In this document: positions 23,301-31,125 of the stretch, one piece after another
Layout: every line of letters starts with the position of its first letter
Position numbering within the stretch: the stretch's first letter is position 1
Assembly: GCA_000934665.2 (NCBI GenBank)
Contig: KZ538246.1
Span: forward strand, 62,001-93,125
Direction of reading: 5' to 3'
Origin: Catajapyx aquilonaris
Taxonomy: Eukaryota
Length of the DNA stretch: 31,125 bases
Made by a program: the position numbers and the translations under genes
Notes under the pieces: model-generated
What the model was told of the DNA's origin: nothing
The model's database searches: none
The model's input: the letters and a program-made list of their open reading frames with translations, nothing else

Positions 23301-26300
23301 AACACCAGGCTCGAATGATAGGTGTCACCCAGGAATGTGATGCAGTGGCCCAAGGATTGTCAACTGAGGGTGGAAGTGCTCTTCGGGCTGCAATGTCTGA
23401 GGTTAAAGGTCATGTGGGGCGGCTATCAGAAGCTGTTCGTGAGAAGGTCAATGCATTGTCAGATATGATCCTTGTTCGTCAAGAGCTCCAAGCCAAGGTG
23501 GCCAATTTCTCCCGTGGACTGGAACAGCTGCAAGGGAGTCTGGGGCAGCTGGAGGAAGTGTATTTGGACAAAGTTGACTCAGCATTGCAGTCTGCACACT
23601 CTTTAATGCAGGAACATGTTGAGCAGCATCCTGCATTTGGAGAGACTAAGGAAGGGGAAGAGGTAGTCCATATGTACCAAGCTTTGGGCAGTACCCTTGA
23701 GGCCAAGAAGTCAGCCTTGCAGAAGTGGTGTGAACTGAACAGTTGGCATACTGATGTCACTGAACACCTGAGCCACACCAAGTACCAGCTGGAGGCACAG
23801 AAGCCTGGGGAGAAAGATCTCAGAGACATGCAGGTGGAGCTAGATGGGGTGCTGGAGAAATGCAGAGCTTGGAGGAATGAGGCACCCTTAATGGAAGAGC
23901 TGGATAAGAAGAGTATGACAGTTGTGAAGGATAGGGCCACTGGAAAACCCCTCACCACACTTGTCATGGTAGCAGGAGTTGAGAAGGAGGTTCGCCTTCT
24001 AAAAGACATGGCTGTTTCCAGGTATGTCAATTTAAAGCTGTTGATAGTTGACTATTTTAAAACAAATCGTTTGATTTTAGGGAAGACCACCTCCAGAAAG
24101 TGGGTAGTCAATGGAACCATTTGCAACAGCTGCAGGAGAAGGTATCTGACTGGCTCCAGTCAGTAAATGCTCGTCTTCAGGATATGTCTGCAAAGGGTAA
24201 TGACTTGGAGAGTGTGGAAAAGATGGGCCGTGATTTGGCTGCTCTTGCTGAAGAGCACAGTGTCCGGCAGACCTTAAAGGACAAGGTCCATGAAGTTGGC
24301 CATGGATTAATGAAGTCAGATGTGTCCAACATGTCTCAGGTTCAGGCAGCCCTGCTATCCTGTGACACTGGATGGGAAAAGGCAAGCAGTGCCCTTCTGG
24401 AGCAGCAGTCTAAATTGGCAAAGATTATTGCCCTTTGGAAGCAGTGCAAGGAGGCCAAAAGCTATGTGGGGAATGCCATCAAAGAGTCTGAATTGGCACA
24501 GCAGGTTGTTGAGCGGGCGGTTCCAAGTGATTCGTCCCAGACTAGTGCCATGCTTGAGCGGTGCCGCAAAGCTCTTGACACTCTAAAGAAAGCCAAGCCC
24601 AGTCTGGATGCCTATGTCAGTAAGGGGCAGAGCATTGTATCCTTGCTTCAAACTATTCCAGGATTTGACTGTGGACCAGTGCAACAAGATATCCTCACAG
24701 TGCCGGAAGCATGGCAGCAATGTGCTGCAATGCTCTCTGGATGCAGCCAGAACCTGGAAACACAGCTTGTGATCTGGAGACAGTTGGAGGCTGCTAAAGA
24801 TGAGGTCCTTAACTGGTTGAATGAAATGGGAGAGGCACTAACTGATGCACTTGAGAATTTTTCTGACGCTGACTCAGCAAGGACCAGACTTGGGAAATAT
24901 AAAGATGGCCTAGCCACATATCGTAAAGTGCAGTCTGGGATTGAGTCTAAAGCGGCACAGCTGGTGAAACTGCACACAGAGGTCCCTGCTCTAATGTCCC
25001 TTCAGGCTCTCATTCGGGATGAATTTGACCAGGTTGAGCAAGTTGCCAATGAACTTGAAAAAGCACTGGAAGAGTATAGTAATGAAGAACACAAAATTCA
25101 AAATATGGTTTGTCAAGCTTCTGATGAAATACAGAAGCTTCGCGAGGCACTAACTAAATGTGAGGATTTGACTGGGGAGGATGCAAAAATATTGGAGCGG
25201 CTTGAACGCTGCCAGAAACTTCAAAGAGTGTCTGAAGAATACAGCAGCCATCTGAGGGATCTTGATGAGAAGATTTTAGGTCTGAAATCAAAGTTTCCAG
25301 CATGTGATGATACGTCACTGATAAAAGATGCTGAAAACCTTCGCAAACGTCACCAGGCAGTGCTAAATCAAGCTAAGAAGATCCAGACCTCACTGCTTGG
25401 TGTCCTTCGGAAGCACCATGCAGACAAGCTCCAGGGACTGAAGAAGTTAGTAGCCAATTACAGAGAGAAGGTGAAGTGGTGTCTTCCAGAAGGTGCAGCC
25501 GACAGGTACAGCCTGGAAGCAAAGGCATCATCACTACAAGATATTCAACTGGGGTTGCAGGATGCAAGCATTAAACGGGAGGAGCTGGAGGAGATATTCC
25601 ATTTGCTTCAGCAAGTTGAATCACCTGAGAGTTTGTCCAGAATGAATGCAGAGAAGGAGGCAGCCATAGTTGAATTGGAAGCACTTGGGACAGACTTCGC
25701 CAATGCCAAAGCCCAACTAGAGGATGGAATGCGATTGTGGGAGGCATATGAAACTGCATCAGAAGCCTTTGCCACTTGGCTGAGGGATGTTGAGAGCCGG
25801 ACACGTTCAGAGAGCACAACTCAAGTTAATCTACCTACTATTTCAAGCAAGATTGCAGAGACCAAAGCTTTTCTGCAGGACATCCGTAGGTGTAGACCAG
25901 ATCTGGACCACTTGTTGGAGACTTCACGCAAGATGGGGCAGGAGAGGACCATACAATACACATCACACTTGGAGAACCGCTATATTTCAGTAGAGAAGTT
26001 TGCGGCTGCATACATAGAGCGCTTGGAAGCAACTGTGATTGATCGTGATGCCTATCAAGCAGCATCAGGTGCAGCCAGAAAATGGTTGGACAATGCAGAG
26101 CGTATGTTAGAAACTTTCTCGAATGTGACAGTTCCTGGCCAGAAACCAACCCTGGCATACCAGTCTCGACTTAAGGAATTGAAGGCATTTGCTGCCAATA
26201 AAGATGAAGGACAGTCACTAATAAATGCAGCAGTTCAAAGTGGTGAGGCTCTCTTCCCAGGCATAGGTGCTGAGAACCGGGAGGAAATTCGGGGAGAGCT

Positions 26301-29300
26301 ACGATCTCTTCGGGATGCATGGGAAACCCTGATAGATCGAACAAATTCAGTTCACAAACGCATTGAAGGTGCCATGATGCAGTGGTCCAGCTTTGATGAT
26401 AGCTTTGGTCAAGTTCAGCGATGGTTGGATGATGCTGTCTCTAGGGTCAAGGCTGGTGCAGAGAAGAAAGGAACGCTGCCAGAGAAAAAGTCAGTCCTAC
26501 AAGCATGCAAGGCTGCTTTACAGGATGTGTCCTCTCACGAGAACATTATGTCACAACTGAGTGAACGTACCAGGGAGTTCCAGGATGCTGAGACTGCAGA
26601 GAAAATGGACAATTTAGTGTCAGCTTATAAGTTGCTTTCTTCTGAGGCCAAGAAAAATATAGGGATTGCTGAGCAGTATGTGTCTGACCACGAATCCTAC
26701 TTGAGGTTATTGGAGTCAGCCTGGGACTGGCTTCGGAATCTCCAGGCTGAGTTCACTGTTGTCAGGGAGGCACCGTTAGAGAAGGAGGGTGCACAGGCAA
26801 GGCTGCATGTTGTTGAAGGATTGTCTAGGAACAAGCCTGAAGGAGACCAACGGATTCTGCAATGTGAGAAACAGCTTGGTTGTGTCCTGGTTCAGACTGA
26901 TTCATGTGGACATGAAGCATTAAAGTTAGAGGTTGACTCCCTTAGGAGTGCTTGGGGTGACTTTCTAGAGCAGTGCTCAGAGTTGGAGGCCAAGCTAAAT
27001 CGATTGTGCAGCCAGTGGGTACAGCTAGAGGAGACCTCTGAGTCTCTGACTTCTTGGCTGAAGCAGAAGGAAATCCAGGTCAAAGACCAGGCCCTGAGAA
27101 GCACTGCTGAGACCAAGAAACAGCACCTAGAAAAGCTTCAGGCTCTCCAGGAGGAGATTTGGCAACGAGGGGATGAATGTACAGCTGTCCATGCCCAGAG
27201 CCAGTGCCTGGAAGGGGATTCAGATCTGGCCCAGAAGGTGGCTCACATAATAGCTAGATACCAAGCTCTGAAAAATGGAGTTAAGGTATGTGCAATTTTC
27301 ATTCAAATGACAGTGAGCCAATTAACCTTACCCAAATAGGGTTAAGAATAATTCCAGTAATAATGACATCATGTGGATGGTTTGCAGGAAGCAGTTGCCA
27401 GATATGAACAGTTTTCCAAGGAGCACCAACAGTTCAACCAGAACTACTCCAGTTTCCTGACAAAAATCAAAGAATTGGATGCCAAAATTAAGCCTCTTAG
27501 TGAAATTGTTGGTGACATGAATATCCTGCAGGTAAGTGAAACATATCAGCTCATACGATATTGGAAGATGTACTAGCAAAATTCTTTGCAGGAACGCCGC
27601 AATAAACTGGAAGACTTGATTGCTACAAAGACTAAAGAAAGCAGCAACATGGAATCCCTGATGGAATTGGGGGAGAAACTCTATGCCCACACCTCTCCTG
27701 ATGGCCGCGAAATTATTCGCCAGCAGTTGAGGTAATTCAGCAGTTGAGGTGACCTACCTCCAAACATTTAAATCTAATATTAACATTTTAAAAGGACCAT
27801 GCGAGATCAGTGGGAATCATTTTCGGAGAACCTTCAAGCAGCTTTGCTGAAACTGGATCAGTGCCTGGCACAGTTTGCAGACTTCACCACTTCTCAGGAA
27901 GAGCTGACCAAGTGGCTGCGCAATGTGGAAAAAGCTATGCAACAGCACACTGAACTCAAGGGGACTCTACAAGAAAAGCGCGCTCAGCTGCAGGTCAGTA
28001 CTGTTGGTACCCGACACATGTCAATTAAATGGAGAAAGTATTGGAATCAATGGCTTTGATCTTATTTAATACTAGCTGGATTGCATCATTTTGCTCACTT
28101 TTCAGAGATGAGGTCAGGGGGGAAAAAAAGCTGCTGGCTTCTTATTATTGATGTATAATTGTTGAAATTGCATTCAAAGTCTACTTGTGGAACTCACCTG
28201 CATTGCTGTGGCAGTTTCAGTTGCATTGGAAAGAACTCTTGGTATTGGCAAAAATTGCCAGACTTATTCTTGGCACTGTTTGTACTTAGACTTCTTTTTT
28301 CTTGTGGCAGCAGAGCAAAAATAATAATAATAAAAAAAGAGGTACACTGACACCATTTTACTTTGTGCAGGAAATATTGAGCCATAATGATACAGATATT
28401 TGCCACCTCAACATAATTATGTTAGCCATCTTGCTGGTGTTAAGAGAAATATGACTCAGTTATGAAAAAGAATAAGGCCAAGGAAAGTGCAACATTTTAA
28501 TGATTGTTACTTGTCAATGTAAAGGGGAATGTTTTTTTAAGTTCAGCATTTGCACAGAGATTTCACAGAGATTTATCGAAGGGTATATAACATATTAAGT
28601 TCAATGAGTTTTAGTACCATACTGATTTAATAATTACATCAATTGAATTACATCTCTTTCTTTAAATGGGCTTATATGAATTTGGTTGTTTTCAGAACCA
28701 CACCATAATGCATCAGGAAATATTAGGCCATCAGATCTTGGTGGACTGTGTGTGTGACAAGGCAACTCAGTTAGTGGAGCAGACAAAGGATAGGTCCCTC
28801 AACATCTACATAGAATCAATCAAGAAGCTGTTCCATGATTTTGGCCTCAAGTCAAAGAATTTGTTGGATCGCCTGGAATCATGTGTGAATGAGCATTCAC
28901 AGTTAAATGCAGCATTGGACAGCTTTCATGACTGGCTTAATACTCAGAGGGACATGCTGCATCAGTGTGATGACATCACTGGGGAAAAATCAGAAGTCAA
29001 GAAAAGAATCCAGTCAGTTAAGACTTTGAGAGATGCAAGTAGTCAAAATGCTGATCAGCTGGAAAAGCTGAAGGAGTTGTGTGGTCGGGTGTGCAGAGGG
29101 ACCTCTCAGAAGGGCACTGAGACCTTAGAAAAGGAACTGGCTGAGCTGGAGGCACTCTGGAAGGAATATCTGAAGTCAATCGGTATGACTGTTCATTATT
29201 TGATGGAATGTAAGCAAAAGTGGTCAAGTGTCACAAGTTATTATTGGGACAATGCCCATGTGCAGTGCAGTAATTTTTTTGAAATACTGGGTAGTGAAGC

Positions 29301-30384
29301 CTCTCGAGCAGAATTGCTCTCTTCCAATGAAAAGTTCTCTACTGAACAGGTTTGTGTTACATACAATATAAATAATGATTAGAAAACCTCTGCCAGGACA
29401 AAACAAAATTTTCAGAACAAGACACATTTTTGTTGGATAACTTGAGGAAAGGGAAAACCTACACTTTATATCAGTATAACTGATACAACTTAACTGTCAA
29501 TGTAAAAGTGAAATAATATCATTCCTTTTCTTCCCTTTTTCCCATCAATTGTATGTGCTGACTGTTTATATTTTGCACAATATCCAGGCATTGTTGAATC
29601 ATCACTGGAGAAGATCCTTCAGCAGTGGAAACAATTTGAGGAGGGACTTCAGAGTAACAGCCAATGGTTTCGCAACTTGGAGTCATCTTTTCGTGACCAG
29701 GAGCTTCAGGCCACTCTGGAGGGCAAAGAGTCATCACTTCGCAAATTTATGTCCAAGAGACAAGTTGTGGTGGACCAAGAGTCTGACATGGATGTTTTTA
29801 TGGATCATTCCCATGCCCTCTTGCACTCCAGCCAGGTGGAGCGCATCCGTCCTCTGGTAGCTCAGATTAGCAATCGCTACCAGCTGCTCCATGTGCTGAG
29901 CAAGGAGGTTATCAACCGGTGGCAGGGGCTAGTAGAGGACCACCACAACTATGAGGAGAGATTTGCAGAGGTGAACCAGTGGCTTAAGGGCCTGGAGGCT
30001 CAGTTTTCCCAAATGCAGCAGGAGGGCAGTGTGGAGGCCAAGGTTGGGAGGCTGCAAGCAATGGAAGCTGAGCGGGAGCAAGGTGGACATAAGATTGGAG
30101 CCCTAACCAACTTGGGTGAGAAACTATATCCAGACACTGCAGCCCAGGGCAGAGAGAAGATCAGACAAGAATTGAGGGAAGTCAGAGAAAGGTGGGAAAG
30201 GCTTGATGAAGCAGTGCAGGAGCAGCAAAAGAGGCAGTATGCACAGTCACAGCAGTGGACGAGCTTTCAGGACCAGTTACAAGGGACTCTAGCATGGCTC
30301 GACCAAATGGAGAAGGCACTTCTTGGAGAACAGCCAGGATGGACTTCACTGCCTGACACCAGGTCCAGACTCCTCAAACTTAAG
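2299..30384 (+). CDS. Msp300: Msp300 / Nesprin-1 (SYNE1) ortholog, partial multi-exon gene (28 coding exons; N-terminal CH1-CH2 actin-binding domain plus spectrin-repeat rod; 5' and 3' incomplete)
   Basis: Spliced translation begins DEQERVQKKTFVNWINSYLSK-RVPPLRIDDLIEDLKDG...[35 protein letters not shown] (CH1), then ARKALLSWVQ...DFGSSWRDGRAFLAIV...[30 protein letters not shown] (CH2), then helical repeats with periodic Trp (W-L..AE). All 27 introns join in frame (26 GT-AG, 1 probable GC-AG). The CH1 sequence matches the insect Msp300/nesprin type by recognition, not by database search. Confidence 0.95.
3107..3245. repeat. Near-perfect 139-bp palindrome (foldback, MITE-like) in intron 1
   Basis: 69-bp arms (catcagttgaaaaagaa...ccatgtaa / ttacatgg...ttctttttcaactgatg) around a single central C at 3176; 65/69 complementary. 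Confidence 0.95.
3595..4064. mobile_element. Non-autonomous piggyBac-type MITE (470 bp)
   Basis: TTAA at 3591-3594 and 4065-4068; termini CCCTTAACTA(TA)CGTAGGTGG ... CCACCTACGTAGTTAAGGG; no transposase ORF. Confidence 0.85.
5612..5688. repeat. (CT)n microsatellite and poly-C flanking an assembly gap (N at 5629-5674)
   Basis: ctctctctc... then 46 N then a C run. Confidence 0.9.
5790..6260 (+). mobile_element. Probable tRNA-derived SINE with a V-domain-like core (boundaries approximate)
   Basis: B-box-like TTCGATCCCC near 5855; core cgcgttcgcgtgggtttccttgggggttttcccgtttccgaccaca at 5915-5960; short attattat tail near 6251. Confidence 0.45.
9030..9354. mobile_element. Tc1/mariner-pogo type MITE (325 bp)
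   Basis: TA on both sides; TIRs CAGTAGAACCCCGATTATCCG / CGAATAATCATGGTTCTACTG; subterminal CGGAT(T)AACCGA motifs. Confidence 0.85.
9377..9472 (+). CDS. Msp300: Msp300 exon B (CH1)
   Basis: ttttcag / gtaggt; RVPPLRIDDLIEDLKDGVNLLALLEVLSGEKL; 96 nt; not in the ORF track. Confidence 0.95.
9538..9621 (+). CDS. Msp300: Msp300 exon C (CH1)
   Basis: ttacag / gtacag; PTEKGRNLKRPHFLSNSNTALEFLRSKK; 84 nt. Confidence 0.95.
9683..9775 (+). CDS. Msp300: Msp300 exon D (end of CH1)
   Basis: ttttttcag / gtatgt; [31 protein letters not shown]; 93 nt. Confidence 0.96.
10125..10336 (+). CDS. Msp300: Msp300 exon E (CH1-CH2 linker, start of CH2)
   Basis: ctctccag / gtgagt; IEENTRALEIL...GARKALLSWVQNNIG(K); phase 2 out. 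Confidence 0.93.
10692..11066. mobile_element. Degenerate long-inverted-repeat MITE (TA-CAG termini)
   Basis: About 110-bp arms: ttttttata(c)cagcatgttcctgaatttg...aaaggctgtcgaca versus tgtcgacagccttt...cgaattcgggaacatactgtataaaaaa; spacer about 150 bp. Confidence 0.75.
11647..11815. repeat. 169-bp hairpin (77-bp arms, 15-nt loop), part of a larger composite foldback element at about 11509-11830
   Basis: actgccgtcagatgtaagaagaccgtaactc...ctaatcc / ggattag...gagttacggtcttcttacaactgacggcagt; 6 mismatches. Confidence 0.93.
12271..12673 (+). CDS. Msp300: Msp300 exon F (CH2 and first rod helix)
   Basis: ttgcaaag / gtgagg; RFGVNVTDFGSSWRDG...[17 protein letters not shown]...SHDYQ. Confidence 0.94.
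12954..13103 (+). CDS. Msp300: Msp300 exon G
   Basis: tttttccag / gtatga; DLLAFKVEM...LWEKLEAQ; 150 nt. Confidence 0.92.
13159..13323 (+). CDS. Msp300: Msp300 exon H (ends at a probable GC donor)
   Basis: gggcag acceptor; VRYWQRVLDACLPG...GEWLYEAE...RKIEQHK; followed by gcaagt; 3' end slightly uncertain. Confidence 0.85.
13395..13565 (+). CDS. Msp300: Msp300 exon I
   Basis: ggccag / gtaatt; VFFAKLPSMQE...KLKYLEHK; 171 nt. Confidence 0.9.
13629..13830 (+). CDS. Msp300: Msp300 exon J
   Basis: ttttacag / gtaatt; CCLVAFLVLVESKLRNWTVKYG...EYKREGNA; phase 1 out. Confidence 0.92.
13890..14107 (+). CDS. Msp300: Msp300 exon K
   Basis: atttcag / gtatgt; (D)QRESTAIDRFM...RWKSVSMELRCVQSMLEEV...MEYFQ. 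Confidence 0.92.
14325..14630 (+). CDS. Msp300: Msp300 exon L
   Basis: ttgtag / gtgcct; DIGIWHDKYQLLSDTVSFLIATC...HGEELQ; 306 nt. Confidence 0.92.
15049..15178 (+). CDS. Msp300: Msp300 exon M
   Basis: ctaacag / gtgaga; KLQSEGEEMEELFKNVSKKFQALVQELSSEEVERMMRTLKKEK; phase 1 out. Confidence 0.9.
15242..15435 (+). CDS. Msp300: Msp300 exon N
   Basis: cctttttacag / gtgagt; (E)SLVKVRALIP...QLDKHR. Confidence 0.92.
15723..16175 (+). CDS. Msp300: Msp300 exon O
   Basis: tttttttag / gtatgt; VFFTRTLYYQTMLDSKNK...LEARWK; the ORF-track tail beyond 16175 is intron. Confidence 0.92.
16643..16804 (+). CDS. Msp300: Msp300 exon P
   Basis: tttatag / gtatgt; EIVAFGPLHLSKLEFQLEE...ILNRHT; 162 nt; not in the ORF track. 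Confidence 0.9.
16862..17082 (+). CDS. Msp300: Msp300 exon Q
   Basis: ttttttgcag / gtttgt; DFFSSGK...IPQQWKAYEI(K); phase 2 out, as required by the next exon. Confidence 0.88.
17150..17258 (+). CDS. Msp300: Msp300 exon R
   Basis: caacag / gtatgt; FLEMVKWMDSVDTALSKIL...EEEKTKFL. Confidence 0.9.
18316..18540 (+). CDS. Msp300: Msp300 exon S
   Basis: ttacag / gtgaga; SICRDVDARREDMKRLVQLLDSL...YSKCYTYREDIRK; 225 nt. Confidence 0.92.
19031..19539 (+). CDS. Msp300: Msp300 exon T
   Basis: ctctctag / gttagt; VCGLLNEVRE...GEVAHPD(R); phase 2 out. Confidence 0.92.
19913..20083. mobile_element. Small degenerate MITE-like inverted repeat
   Basis: agggccagtttgtatatgaatgtgagttta versus tgaactcatattcatacaacaggtcct. 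Confidence 0.45.
20484..21889. mobile_element. TIR DNA transposon derivative with 4-bp ATAT TSD (Sola-like), carrying a nested element
   Basis: ATAT at 20480-20483 and 21890-21893; TIR CCTCAGTTGCAAAAACCGACAAATCCA versus TGGATTTGTCTGCTTTTGCAACTGAGG; internal C(G/A)ACAAATCCA repeats near 20600, 20641, 21651 and 21681. Superfamily call is tentative. Confidence 0.75.
20672..21398. mobile_element. Tc1/mariner-derived foldback element (727 bp) with decayed transposase fragments on both strands
   Basis: TA-CAGGGTCAT...ATGACCCGG-TA; inverted arms of about 150 bp; PSRSPDLTP on +, ICFLDEAIF and CRATNEVHIE on -. Confidence 0.85.
21994..22435 (+). CDS. Msp300: Msp300 exon U
   Basis: gcattag / gtaaga; RVIVEKEVLEIE...DLATWKEFQ. 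Confidence 0.92.
22856..24021 (+). CDS. Msp300: Msp300 exon V (spectrin repeats)
   Basis: ttgcag / gtatgt; MDVHKMKPWLEQAE...KDMAVS(R); 1166 nt. Confidence 0.92.
24081..27285 (+). CDS. Msp300: Msp300 exon W (3205-nt exon, spectrin repeats)
   Basis: attttag / gtatgt; EDHLQKVGSQWNHL...YQALKNGVK; repeated Trp-containing helical units. Confidence 0.94.
27388..27531 (+). CDS. Msp300: Msp300 exon X
   Basis: tttgcag / gtaagt; EAVARYEQFSKEH...GDMNILQ; 144 nt. Confidence 0.92.
27592..27731 (+). CDS. Msp300: Msp300 exon Y
   Basis: ctttgcag / gtaatt; ERRNKLEDL...LGEKLYAHTSPDGREIIRQQL(R). Confidence 0.92.
27795..27993 (+). CDS. Msp300: Msp300 exon Z
   Basis: ttttaaaag / gtcagt; TMRDQWESF...TLQEKRAQLQ. 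Confidence 0.9.
28696..29182 (+). CDS. Msp300: Msp300 exon AA
   Basis: ttttcag / gtatga; NHTIMHQEILGHQ...WKEYLKSI; phase 1 out. Confidence 0.9.
29588..30384 (+). CDS. Msp300: Msp300 exon AB (last exon seen; the gene continues to the right)
   Basis: tatccag / gttagt; (G)IVESSLEKILQQWKQFEE...LGEKLYPDTAAQGREKIRQELR...RSRLLKLK. Confidence 0.92.
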
Positions 30385-31125
30385 GTTAGTGCATTAGATG
30401 ACATTTTATTGCTAAGCAATGTCTTGTATAGAATACGTGTCTACATGAAGTTGGTTAGAACCTGTAGGGTGGGTTGAATGAATAATAGTGACTCTAAAAC
30501 AAGTTGCTGATCCTTTTTATTCAATATTTTGAGTATTGTTGCCAGCATGAATAACAAGGATGAACATGTTGATGGATATGGATTGGATGAATATGTTGCT
30601 CATCATAAGATATTGCTAGTCATGTGAAATGGGCATGTGGCCACAAATCAAAGTCACCCTTGTTCACAACATGAACTGCAGTATAATTATAAATAATCAA
30701 TTGTCATACTCTAAAAATTACAGTTTCCATCTCACAGTCTGAAGTGTCAGGCTCATTTCAGTAAGACTGCAAGGCTTGCTTAATTAACTTGTCACAAAAT
30801 TATATTGTATATCTACTACTTTGAATGACATATAGAATGACTCCCACATCGTATTACAACAATATGACTCAATTAGTGAGAGGTGGAAGCTAGTGGTATT
30901 GTCACGATGCCTAAATTTTAGCTCAGACTTTATGGAGATGAAAGCAGTAACTGATGAATGTTTTTCATCACATTCAGTGTTTGAGAGTTCCTCACATTGA
31001 AGGCCCTCTTACTCTCTGCAAATGTCAGAGTAGTTTCTTCTTTTAACACTTGCAGCTCATCATCTTCAAAATTTATGTAGCACCTGGGTCATTCCATGTC
31101 AATTCACCGAGCTTTTAAGGAAAAT

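Noticed and set aside
12902..27690. Numerous minus-strand ORFs (e.g. 12902-13327, 23479-24030, 24648-24977, 27328-27690)
   Set aside because: Ser/Leu/Phe-rich antisense shadows of Glu/Lys/Gln-rich Msp300 exons; no recognisable domain or splice structure.
30385..31125. KASH domain or a terminal exon at the window end
   Set aside because: The sequence after the gttagt donor is intron-like, with no transmembrane or PPPX-ending ORF; the gene evidently continues outside the window.

Overview
Eukaryotic DNA, very likely arthropod/insect, judged by 55-71 nt minimal introns and the Msp300-type protein. The window holds the 5' part of one + strand gene for the giant nesprin Msp300 (Nesprin-1/SYNE1 ortholog). 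I assembled 28 phase-consistent coding exons from 2299 to 30384 (10,745 nt, about 3,580 codons, exon phases consistent throughout). They encode a tandem calponin-homology (CH1-CH2) actin-binding domain followed by many spectrin-like repeats. I did not find the start-codon exon, and the C-terminal KASH domain would lie beyond the right edge. The larger introns carry many non-autonomous transposon relics: a piggyBac-type TTAA MITE, TA-flanked Tc1/mariner-pogo MITEs, a Sola-like TIR element with a nested mariner-derived foldback element, two near-perfect palindromes and a probable tRNA-derived SINE. The points most worth following up are a probable GC-AG intron, two tandemly duplicated splice donors, a stop-free in-frame intron, the foldback element built from two transposase 3' ends, a double-hairpin element and a sharp CpG-rich to CpG-depleted transition near 9.35 kb. 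I found no convincing evidence of a new multi-gene system.
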